A model generated the notes under the pieces. It did no database searches. It worked only from the letters and a program-made list of their open reading frames with translations, and was not told where the DNA came from. From positions 48,796,001 through 48,860,000 of the forward strand of contig OZ076409.1 of assembly GCA_964187785.1 (NCBI GenBank): DNA of 64,000 nucleotides. The letters are read 5' to 3'. A program made the position numbers and the translations under genes. Each line of letters starts with the position of its first letter. Position 1 is the stretch's first letter. Below are positions 10,601 to 21,900 of this stretch, piece after piece. The stretch comes from Amphiscolops sp. MND2022 (lineage: Eukaryota).

Positions 10601-13600
10601 ACAAAAGATCTTTTTTGAATATTAATTCGATTTTTTTTCGGGAAAGTGTCATAGTGCCGAAAAAGGAACTTTCAGCTTAGAAACTACTTTCCTCAATCCG
10701 AAAACAAATAGGAAAGCAGGAACATACCCTTTTATCAAATGAAAGTTTCGGAAAAAAAACGCACAGAGTCAAAACAGCCCGAAGAGTGATACATAATTGA
10801 AGATATAACAGCTGTTTGATTACATTGAAAAGAATAAGGTCTCACAGTGCTAAAAAAACCAGAGGGGGATTCCTCAGTTGAATTTGTATAAACTCTGAAT
10901 ATCTTGGGAATGCATTTCCAATACACGTTATATCCGGTACAGTTATAACCGGTTGGCTGTAAATCCTGTTGTGTGCTTGACGAAGGAGACTCCTTTACAT
11001 TTCAAATGCAGGATGTACATTGCCCAAAGGGACAATTGAACAAAATTGAAGAATTTTTACCAGAACTATTTTTGGAAAACCATGACTATAGTCGCTCTTT
11101 TCTAAAGAAAAACGCTGTCAAAATTAATTTGTTTGCCGAGAAGAATTCCACATTCTTTTCAAATTGGGCGCAATCGAAGCATGTCATATTTTGAATGAAT
11201 CAATGAACCACTTTTTCCACAAAAGTGTTTTTATACTGACAGTCCTTTCATGATGACTTGACTTTTTTTGATTCAATAATTCGGATTTTGACCATTTCAG
11301 ACGGTTTTCATGTGAGCTATGCAGTCAATACTAAAGTAACTGAGATTCTATAAACACAGCTGTATAGGACTTATGTTTGATCTATCTTTCAATATACAGT
11401 ACCTTATTATAGTTTTGAAGTTGCTAACATTCAATGAACACGGTCGTATAGGACTTGTATTCGATCTATCTTTCGTTATACAGTACAGTACTATAGCTCT
11501 AAAGTAGCTACGATTCAATGAACACAGCCGTAGAGGACTTATGTTTGATATATCTTTCAATATACATCACCAAATTAAAGGTGTAATGTAGCTAAATTTC
11601 GATGAACTTGGCCGTGTAAGACTTATATTTGATCTATCTTTCAATATACAGTTCCATACTATAAAGTAGCTAAGATTCAATGAACACTTTCGGATAGGAC
11701 TTATATTTGATCTATCTTTCAAAATACAATACAAAACTATAGTTCTAAAGTAGCTGAGATTCAATTAACACGTTCGTATAGCTTCTATATTCGATCATTA
11801 TTTCAATATACAGTACCATAAAATAAGTCTAAAGTAGCTAAAATTCGATGAACATAGACGTATAGGACGTATATTGGATCTATAATTCTATATAGAGTAC
11901 AAACTTTACGTCTAAGAAAGGTAAGATTCAATGAAAACGGTCGTATAGGACTTATATTTGATATTTCTTTCGATATACAGTGCCATTTTGTAGGTTTAAA
12001 GTAGCAAAGATTCAATTAACACAATCGTATAGGTTTTATATTCGATCAATCTTTCAATATACAGTACCATAATGAAAGTCTAAAGTAGCTAAGTTTCAAT
12101 GAACATAGACGTATAGGACATACATTGGATCTATCATTCAATATAGAGTACAATACTATACGTCTAAGGTAGCTAAGATTCGATGCAAACTTTCGGATAG
12201 GACTTATACTATCGATCTATCTTATCGATCTATCTATCAATTTACAGTACAAGACTATAGGGGTCTAAAGTAGCTAAGATTCAATTACCACGTTCGTATA
12301 GCTTTTATTTTCGATCAATTTTTCAATATACAGTACCAAAATATAGGTCTAAAGTAGCTAAGATTTAAAGAACCCAGTTGTATAGGAGTTATCTTTGATC
12401 TGTCTTTCATATTACAGTACCATACAATAGGACTAAAGTAGCTAAGATTCATTGAACACAGCTGTAAAGTACTTATATTCGATCTATCTTTCAATATACA
12501 GTACAAAACCATAGGTCTGAAGTAGCTAAGATTCAATTACCACGTTCGTATAGGTTTTATATTCTATAAATCTTTCAATATACAGTACCATACTAAAGGT
12601 CTAAAGTAGCTAAGATTTTATGAACAAAGTTGTATAGGACTCATATTCGATCTATCTTTCTTTTCACAGTACCATACTATAGGATTAAAGTAGCTAGGAT
12701 TCATTGAACACAGCTGCAAAGAACTTGTATTCGATCTATCTTTCAATATAGAGTACAAAACTATAGGTCTAAAGTAGCTAAGATTCAATTAACACCATCG
12801 TATAGGTTTTATATTCGATCGATCTTTCAATATATAGTACCATAATATAGCTCTAAAGTAGCTACGATTTAATGAACAAAGTTGTATAGGACTCATATTC
12901 GATCTATATTTCATTTTACAGTACCATACTAAAGGATTAATGTAGCTAAGACTCAATTAACACGATGGTATTGCTTTTATAAGCGATCAGTCTTTCAATA
13001 TACAGCACCATAATCTAGGTCTAAACTAGCTAAGATTCGATGAACAGGGTCGTATATGTTTTATATTCGATCTATCTTTCAATATACAGTACCATACTAT
13101 AAGTCCGAAGTAGATAAGATTCAATGAACATAGACGTATAGGACTTATATTGGATCTATCATTCTATACAGAGTACAATACTTCACGTCTAAGGTAGGTA
13201 CGATTTGATGAGAACGGTCGTATAGGACTCATATTTGACCTATCTTTCGATATACAGTACTATAATATAGGTCTAAAGTAGCTAAGATTTAATTAATGAA
13301 CAAAGTTGTATAGGACTCATATTTGATCTATCTTTCAAATTACAGTACCTTACTATAGGACTAAAGTAGCTAAGATTCGTTGAATACAGCTGTAAAGGAC
13401 TTATAATTGATCTATCTTCCAATATACCGTACCATACTATAGGTCTAAAGTAGCGGAGATTCGATGAACAGGGTCGTATAAGTTTTATATTCGATCTATC
13501 GTTCTATATACAGTTCCATACTATAAGTGTAAAGTAGCTAAGATTCATTGAACATAGGCGTATAGGACTTTGATTGGATCTATCGGACAAAATACAGTTC

Positions 13601-14717
13601 AAAACTATACGTCTAAAGTAGCTAAGATTCGATGAACACAGCTGTAAACGACTTATATTTGATCTATTTTTCATTATACAGTACAATACTATAGGTCTAA
13701 AGTTGCTGAGATTCAATTAACAAGATCGTATAGTTTTATATTCGAACAATCTTCCAACATACAGAACCGTACTATAGGTCTAAAGTAGCTACGATTCGTT
13801 GAACACAGCTGTAAAGGACTTATAAATGATCTATCTTCCAATATACCGTACCATACTATAGGTCTAAAGTAACTGAGACTCGATGAACAGGGTCGTATGT
13901 TTTATATTCGATCTATCTTTCTATAGACAGTATTAAACTATAAGTTTAAAGTAGCTAAGATTCGATGAACACAGCTGTAAACGACTTATTTTTGATCTAT
14001 TTTTCCTTATACAGTACAATACTATAGGTCTAAAGTTGCTAAGATTCAATTAACAAGATCGTATAGTTTTTACATTCGAACAATCTTCCAACATACAGTA
14101 CCGTACTATATGTCTAAAGTAGCTAAGATTCGTTGAACACAGCTGTAAAGGACTTACAATTGATCTATCTTCCGATATACCGTACCATACTATAGGTCTA
14201 AAGTAGCTGAGATTCGATGAACAGGGTCGTATGTTTTATATTTGATCTATCTTTCTATAGACAGTACCAAACTATAAGTTTAAAGTAGCTAAGATTCATT
14301 GAACATAGGCGTATAGGACTTTTATTGGATCTATCGGTCAATATACAGTACAATACTATACGTCTAAGGTAGCTAAGATTCGATGAACACAGCTGTAAAC
14401 GACTTATATTCGATCTATTTTCCATTATACAGTACAATACTATAGGTCTAAAGTAGCTAAGGTTCAATTAACAAGATCGTATAGCTTTTATATTCGAAAA
14501 ATCTTCCAACATACAGTACCGTACTATAGGTCTAAAGTAGCTAAGATTCGATCAACATGGTCGTGTAGGACTTATCTTCGATCTATATTTCAAAATACAA
14601 TACAATACTGTAGGGCTAAAGTAGCTAAGATTCAATGAACACAGTCGCGTAGAACTGATATTCGATCTATATTTCAAAATACGGTATATTACTATAGGAT
14701 CTCTGTAGAGATCCTAG
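7699..14717. repeat. Right arm of the giant inverted repeat (matches the left arm to ~13091; the satellite continues to ~14696)
   Basis: Colinear reverse complement of the left arm, including private variants such as the GATCGATAAGATAGATCGAT duplication (~2480 and ~12220). Confidence 0.93.
11331..14696 (-). repeat. 84-bp satellite, right (inverted) copy, about 40 units with local 4-, 5- and 9-mer higher-order repeats
   Basis: Reverse complement of the left array. Near-identical ORFs at 13504 and 14255 are 751 bp apart (about 9 units). The ACAGCTGTAAAGGACTTA variant recurs at spacings of about 420 and 334 bp. Confidence 0.95.
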
Positions 14718-14718
14718 T
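14695..14718 (+). other. Terminal hairpin plus CTAG|T (Helitron-like 3' end)
   Basis: TAGGATCTCT-GT-AGAGATCCTA perfect 10-bp inverted repeat overlapping CTAG and followed by T, exactly where the satellite stops. Confidence 0.45.
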
Positions 14719-15309
14719 AGAAAATAGTAGCTATTTCAGGGGCTACTCGGCGCATTTGTAAGAAAAAGTATGTCCTATTTCGTGTCCGACACTTCGTTAT
14801 TCAGCACTGTGAAAACTCTTTCAGTATTTTATACTGAGAAAAGTTATCCTTTTTACAGCATTTCAGCATCTTTTCCATCAATTTCTATAGCAATTTTCAC
14901 AGTTTGCAGAACTCATTTCCATGTTACTCGGTGTAAAAAAATGGCGTTGTGTAAAGGTAGATATATTTTTGGTGGTTGATGGTTGGAATGATAAAGAATT
15001 TTATCATTACGCAAATGAAGGTAACTTCAGGGAAATTTTATTCATAGAAATCACGCATCAATAAAGGTCACTAGCATCAAAAGGAACTAAGTAGAAGCAC
15101 ATTCATTTCATTGTTTGTAGATGAAAGCACCTTTTATTGATCGTTCGTGTTTCCTTTTATCACGGCCGCAATTTCCATTCTTAACAAACTGCTCCTTCCA
15201 GTTTTTTATTACTTTCCAGCACGCAAAGGTAAGGAAATTTCCTTTCATTGCCTGAAATAGAAACAAAAAAAATTTCCAGGCTCGTATTTTTCAAGGTTGT
15301 GTATATTTG

Positions 15310-15610
15310 TTTCGGTTTCTAGTCGGCTCTTCGTGAGTATTTTTGACCTTCGGTTTCGTCGTTGTGTCGCAATCATGACGTCATTCGGGAGTTAGTGTTA
15401 TGACCATGTTTGGTTACTCACTCAACTCCCCCCCCCCGCTTATAATGCCACGTACTTCTACTACTCACGTGCGGTGCAGTGAAAGTTGCCGATACGTAAC
15501 AACCCAACAGCTGAAGAAAAGTGAGCTTCCGGGCTCACTCTAAGATGGAGAAACTTGAATGTCCCCATTAAACTTCACTACCTCATCTACTTTCCTATGT
15601 TCCGGCGCTA
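15310..15610. promoter_or_regulatory. CpG-richer, promoter-like patch
   Basis: ATGACGTCAT (CRE-type, 15375-15384), poly-C then TATAAT (15441), CACGTG (15466), hairpin AGTGAGC-TTCCGG-GCTCACT (15520-15539). No downstream ORF found. Confidence 0.2.
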
Positions 15611-15939
15611 TAACAGTATTGATGTTTTGTTAGTTTAGCCTACAGTTTGTTGTACTAGTGTGACAATTGCTGTGCGAAAGGATTTTACCCAAGACAGAGC
15701 TTACCGAGCGGTAAAACAAAGTCTTAAAGTACAGCATGCTTGCTCCCTGTGTTTTTAGCCCTGTAGCTGCCTAATAGCAAGTCATTTGTTTACGTACGGA
15801 GCTTGTTGCTTCCGGGCAAACTGCATAGTCTGGAAAAGTACTCATGTAAAATGTTTTGTAAGCAATAGTCTCAAAAATTTTTTGTCTTGTATGCAACTGG
15901 CTTGTTTGACCGCAAACTATTTCCTAGCCCTAAATGTGG

Positions 15940-18900
15940 TGCTGTTTTCGGAATGAAAAAATCGCAAATTGACACTGAAAATGACAAAAATTCTACAACT
16001 TTCCAAATTTCAAAAATTTTGAGCATTCCTTCTTCCAAGTTTTCGAAGGACTTTATGGATGGGAACGTTGAAAAGGGTCAACAAGGAAAGTATGTGTTGT
16101 CCAGTAGGCTTTTCCGAAGAGTTTATTGCAGTTTCCGTTTTGAAAATGTCCTAAATTGTCACTAAAAATGACAAAAAACCCAAAAAATTCAATTTTCAAA
16201 GTTTGTATGCATTTTTGTTAAAGTATCCACAGTCTTCTTGGATTGAAATGTTTTAAAGGGTCAGAAAGAAACAATTCGTTGTCCAGTAGTCTTTAATGTA
16301 GTCTTTAATGTAGTCCAACTATCTTTAATGAAGAGATAGTTGCAATGTTCTGAATGAAAATTTCTCAAATTGACACCGAAAATGACAAAAATCACACAAT
16401 TTTCCAAATTTCAAAGTTTTTATGCATTTTTTCCCAAATTTTTCACGGAGTTTATGGATTGGAACGTTGAAGAGGATCAACAAGGAAAAAATGTGCTGTC
16501 CAGTTGGTTTTTTTGAGGTGTTATTTACAGTTTTTCAAGTGACAATGTCTCAAATTGACACCGAAAATGACAAAAAACCAAAGTTTTCCAATTTTCAAAG
16601 TTTTTATGCATTTTTTGTTAAGGTTTCAACAGTCTTCTTGGTTTGAAATGTTTTAAAGTGTCAGAAAGGAACCTTTCGTTGTCTAGTAGGCTTCTCTGAA
16701 GAGCTAATTGCTGTTTTTTTATGAAAAATTCTCAAATTGACACGGAAAATCACAGAAACCCAACCATTTTCTAAATTTCAAAGATTTTATGCATTTTTTT
16801 TCAAATTTTCGACAGACTTTATGGATTGGAACGTTGAATAGTGTCAACAAGGAAAGAATGTGTTGTCCAGTAGGCTTTTTTTGAGAGTTTATTGCAGTTT
16901 CCGTTTTGAAAATGTCTTAAATTGTCAACGAAAATGACAAAAACCCCAAAATTTCCAGTTTTCAAAGTTTTCACGCATTTTTTATTGGAGTATCGACAAT
17001 CTTCTTCGATTGAAATGTTTTAAAGGGTCAACAAAGAAACAATTCGTTGTCCAGTAGTCTTTAATAAAGAGATATGTGCAATGTTTTGAATGAAAATGTC
17101 TCAAATTGACACCGAAATGACGAAAATCTCGAAATTTTCGAATTTCCAGAGATTTTATGCAGTTTTTTTTCCAAAATTTCAATGGATTTTATAGATTGGA
17201 ACGTTGAAAAGGCTCAACAATGAAAAAATGTGTTGTTTAGTAGACTTTTTAGAGGAGTTAATTACATTTGTTCAAGTGACAACGTCTCAAATTGACACCG
17301 AAATTGACAAAAACCCCAAAATTTTTTAATTTTCAAAGTTTTTACGCAATTTTTGTTAAAGTTTCGACAATCTTCTTGGATTGAAATGTTTTAAAGGGTC
17401 AACAAAGAAACAATTCGTTGTCCAGTAGTCTTTAATGAAGAGATAGTTGCAATGTTCTGAATGAAAGTGTCTCAAATTGACACCAAAAATGACAAAAATC
17501 TCAAACTTTAAGAATTTCCAAATATTTTATGAAGTTTTTTCCAAAATTTCAATGAATTTTATAGATTGGAACGTTGAAAAGGCTCAACATTGAAAAAATT
17601 TGGTGTCCAATAGGCTTTTTGGAGGAGTTAATTACAGTATTTTAAGTGACAATGTCTCAAATTGACACCGAAAATGACAAAAACCCCAAAATTTTTCAAT
17701 TTTCAAAGTTTTTACCCATTTTTTGTTGAAGTTTCGACAATCTTCTTCAAATGAAATGTTTTAAAGGGTCAACAAAGAAACAATTTGTTGTCCAGTAGTC
17801 TTTATTGAAGAGATAGTTGCAATGTTCTGAATGAAAATGTCTCAAATTGACACCATAAAAGACAAAAATCTCAAAATTTTAGAATTTCCAAAGGTTTTAT
17901 GCAGATTTTTTTTAAACGTTTCAGTGAATTTTATAGATTGCAACATTGAAAGAGGTCAACAATGAAAAAAAATGTGTTGTCCAGTAGGCTTTTTGGAGGA
18001 CTTAATTCCAGTTTTGAAGTGACAATGTCTCAAATTGACACAGAAAATGACAAAAACCCCAAAATTTTTCATCAATTTCCAAAGTTTTTACCCATTTTTT
18101 GTTAAAGTTTCGACAATCTTCTTGGTTTGAAAAGTTTTAGAGGGTCAGAAAGGAACATTTCGCTGTCTAGTAGGCTTTTTTGAAGAGCTAATTGCTGTTT
18201 TTCTATGAATAAATCTCATAATGACACCGAAAATCACAGAAACCCAACCATTTTCTAAATTTCAAAGATTTTATGCATTTTTTTCCAAATTTTCGACAGA
18301 CTTTATGCATTGGAACGTTGAATAGTGTCAACAAGGAAAGAATGTGTTGTCCAGTAGGCTTTTTTGAAGAGTTTATTGCAGTTTCCGTTTTGAAAATGTC
18401 TTAAATTGTCAACGAAAATGACAAAAACCCCAAAATTTCCAATTTTCAACGTTTTCACCCATTTTTTATTGGAGTATCGACATTCTTCTTCAATTGAAAT
18501 GTTTTAAAGGGTCAACAAAGAAACAATTCGTTGTCCAGTAGTCTTTAATAAAGAGATAGTTGCAATGTTTTGAATGAAAATGTCTCAAATTGACACCGAA
18601 ATGACGAAAATCTCGAAATTTTCGAATTTCCAGAGATTTTATGCAGTTTTTTTTCCAAAATTTCAATGGATTTTATAAATTGGAACGTTGAAAAGGCTCA
18701 ACAATGAAAAAATTTGGTGTCCAATAGGCTTTTTGGAGGAGTTAATTACAGTATTTTAAGTGACAATGTCTCAAATTGACACCGAAAATGACAAAAACAC
18801 CAAAATTTTTCAATTTTCAAAGTTTTTACCCATTTTTTGTTGAAGTTTCGACAATCTTCTTCAATTGAAATGTTTTAAAGGGTCAACAAAGAAACAAGTC

Positions 18901-21900
18901 GTTGTCCAGTAGTTTTTAATGAAGAGATAGTTGCAATGTTCTGAATGAAAATGTCTCAAATTGACACCAAAAAAGACAAAAATCTCAAAATTTTAGAATT
19001 TCCAAAGGTTTTATGCAGATTTTTTTAAAAGTTTCTGTGGATTTTATAAATTGCAACGTTGAAAGAGGTCAACAATGGAAAAAAATGTGTTGTCCAGTAG
19101 GCTTTTTGGAGGAGTTAATTACAGTTTTTCAAGTGACAATGTCTCAAATTGACACCGAAAATGACAAAAACCCGAAAATTTTTCAATTTCCAAAGTTTTT
19201 ACCCATTTTTTGTTAAAGTTTCGACAATCTTCTTGGTTTGAAAAATTTTAAAGGGTCAGAAAGAAACATTTGGCTGTCTAGTAGGCTTTTTTGAAGAGCT
19301 AATTGCTGTTTTTCTATGAATAAATCTCATAATGACACCGAAAATCACAGAAACCCAACCATTTTCTAAATTTCAAAGATTTTATGCATTTTTTTTCCAA
19401 ATTTTCGACAGACTTTATGGATTGGAACGTTGAATAGTGTCAACAAGGAAAGAATGTGTTGTCCAGTAGGCTTTTTTGAAGAGTTTATTGCAGTTTCCGT
19501 TTTGAAAATGTCTTAAATTGTCAACGAAAATGACAAAAACCCCAAAATTTCCAATTTTCAAAGTTTTCACCCATTTTTTATTGGAGTATCGACATTCTTC
19601 TTCGATTGAAATGTTTTAAAGGGTCAACAAAGAAATAATTCGTTGTCCAGTAGTCTTTAATAAAGAGATAGTTGCAATGTTTTGAATGAAAATGTCTCAA
19701 ATTGACACCGAAATGACGAAAATCTCGAAATTTTCGAATTTCCAGAGATTTTATGTAGTTTTTTTCCCAAAATTTCAATGGATTTTATAGATTGGAACGT
19801 TGAAAAGGCTCAACAATGAAAAAATTTGGTGCCCAATAGGCTTTTTGGAGGAGTTAATTACAGTATTTTAAGTGACAATGTCTCAAATTTACACCGAAAA
19901 TGACAAAAACCCCAAAATTTTTCAATTTTCCAAGTTTTTACCCATTTTTTGTTGAAGTTTCGACAATCTTCTTCAATTGAAATGTTTTAAAGGGTCAACA
20001 AAGAAACAATTCGTTGTCCAGTAGTCTTTAATGAAGAGATAGTTGCAATGTTCTGAATGAAAATGTCTCAAATTGACACCAAAGAGACAAAAACCTCAAA
20101 ATTTTAGAATTTCCAAAGGTTTTATGCAGATTTTTTTAAACGTTTCTGTGGATTTTATAAATTGCAACGTTGAAAGAGGTCAACAATGGAAAAAAATGTG
20201 TTGTCCAGTAGGCTTTTTGGAGGAGTTAATTACAGTTTTTCAAGTGACAATGTCTCAAATTGACACCGAAAATCACAAAAACCCGAAAATTTTTCAATTT
20301 CCAAAGTTTTTACCCATTTTTTGTTAAAGTTTCGACAATCTTCTTGGTTTGAAAAATTTTAAAGGGTCAGAAAGGAACATTTGGCTGTCTAGTAGGCTTT
20401 TTTGAAGAGCTAATTGCTGTTTTTCTATGAATAAATCTCATAATGACACCTAAAATCACAGAAACCCAACCATTTTCTAAATTTCAAAAATTTTATGCAT
20501 TTTTTTCCAAATTTTCGACAGACTTTATGGATTGGAACGTTGAATAGTGTCAACAAGGAAAGAATGTGTTGTCCAGTAGGCTTTTTTAAAGAGTTTATTG
20601 CAGTTTCCGTTTTGAAAATGTCTTAAATTGTCAACGAAAATGACAAAAACCCCAAAATTTCCAGTTTTCAAAGTTTTCAGGCATTTTTTATTGGAGTATC
20701 GACAATCTTCTTCGATTGAAATGTTTTAAAGGGTCAACAAAGAAACAATTCGTTGTCCAGTAGTCTTTAATAAAGAGATAGTTGCAATGTTTTGAATGAA
20801 AATGTCTCAAATTGACACCGAAATGACAAAAATCTCGAAACTTTCGAATTTCCAGAGATTTTATGCTGTTTTTTTATTCCAAAATTTCAATGGATTTTAT
20901 AGATTGGAACGTTGAAAAGGCTCAACAATGAAAAAATGTGTTGTCTAGTAGACTTTTTAGAGGAGTTAACTACAGTTGTTCAAGTGACAACGTCTCAAAT
21001 TGACACCGAAATTGACAAAAACCCCAAAATTTTTCAAATTTCAAAGTATTTACGCAATTTTTGTTAAAGTTTCGACAATCTTCTTGGATTGAAATGTTTT
21101 AAAGGGTCAACAAAGAAACAATTCGTTGTCCAGTAATCTTTAATGAAGAGATAGTTGCAATGTTCTGAATGAAAGTGTCTCAAATTGACACCGAAATGAC
21201 AAAAATCTCGAAATTTTCGAATTTCCAGAGATTTTATGCAGTTTTTTTTCCAAAATTTCAATAGATTTTATAGATTGGAACGTTGAAAAGGCTCAACAAT
21301 GAAAAAAGGTGTTGTCCAGTAGACTTTTTAGAGGAGTTAATTACAGTTGTTCAAGTGACAACGTCTCAAATTGACACCGAAATTGACAAAAACCCCAAAA
21401 GTTTTCAATTTTCAAAGTTTTTACCCATTTTTTGTTGAAGTTTCGACAATCTTCTTCGATTGAAATGTTTTAAAGGGTCAAGAAAGAAACATTTTGTTGT
21501 CCAGTAGTCCTTAATGAAGAGATAGTTGCATTGTTCTGAAGGAAAATGTCTCAAATTGACACCAAAAATGACAAAAAACTCAAAAGTTTCGAATTTCCAA
21601 GAATTTTTTGCAGTTTTTTTCCAAAATTTCGATGGGTTTTATAGATCGGAACATTGAAAGGGACAACAATGAACAAATGTGTTGTCCAGTAGACTTTTTG
21701 GAGGAGTTAATTACAGTATTTTAAGTGACAATGTCTCAAATTGACACCGAAAATGACAAAAACCTCAAAATTTTTCAATTTTCAAAGTTTTTACGCATTT
21801 TTGTTAAACTTTCGACAATCTTCTTGAATTGAAATGTTTTAAAGGGTCAGAAAGAAACATTTTGTTGTCTAGTAGGCTTTTTTGAAGAGCTAATTGCTGT

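Noticed and set aside
11348..14467. MNLSYFRP...-type ORFs
   Set aside because: Translations of the 84-bp satellite (28 codons per unit) with frequent stops.
17043..17059. TTCGTTGTCCAGTAG as a CENP-B box
   Set aside because: Shares only TTCGTTG and lacks the essential CGGG of the 17-bp box.
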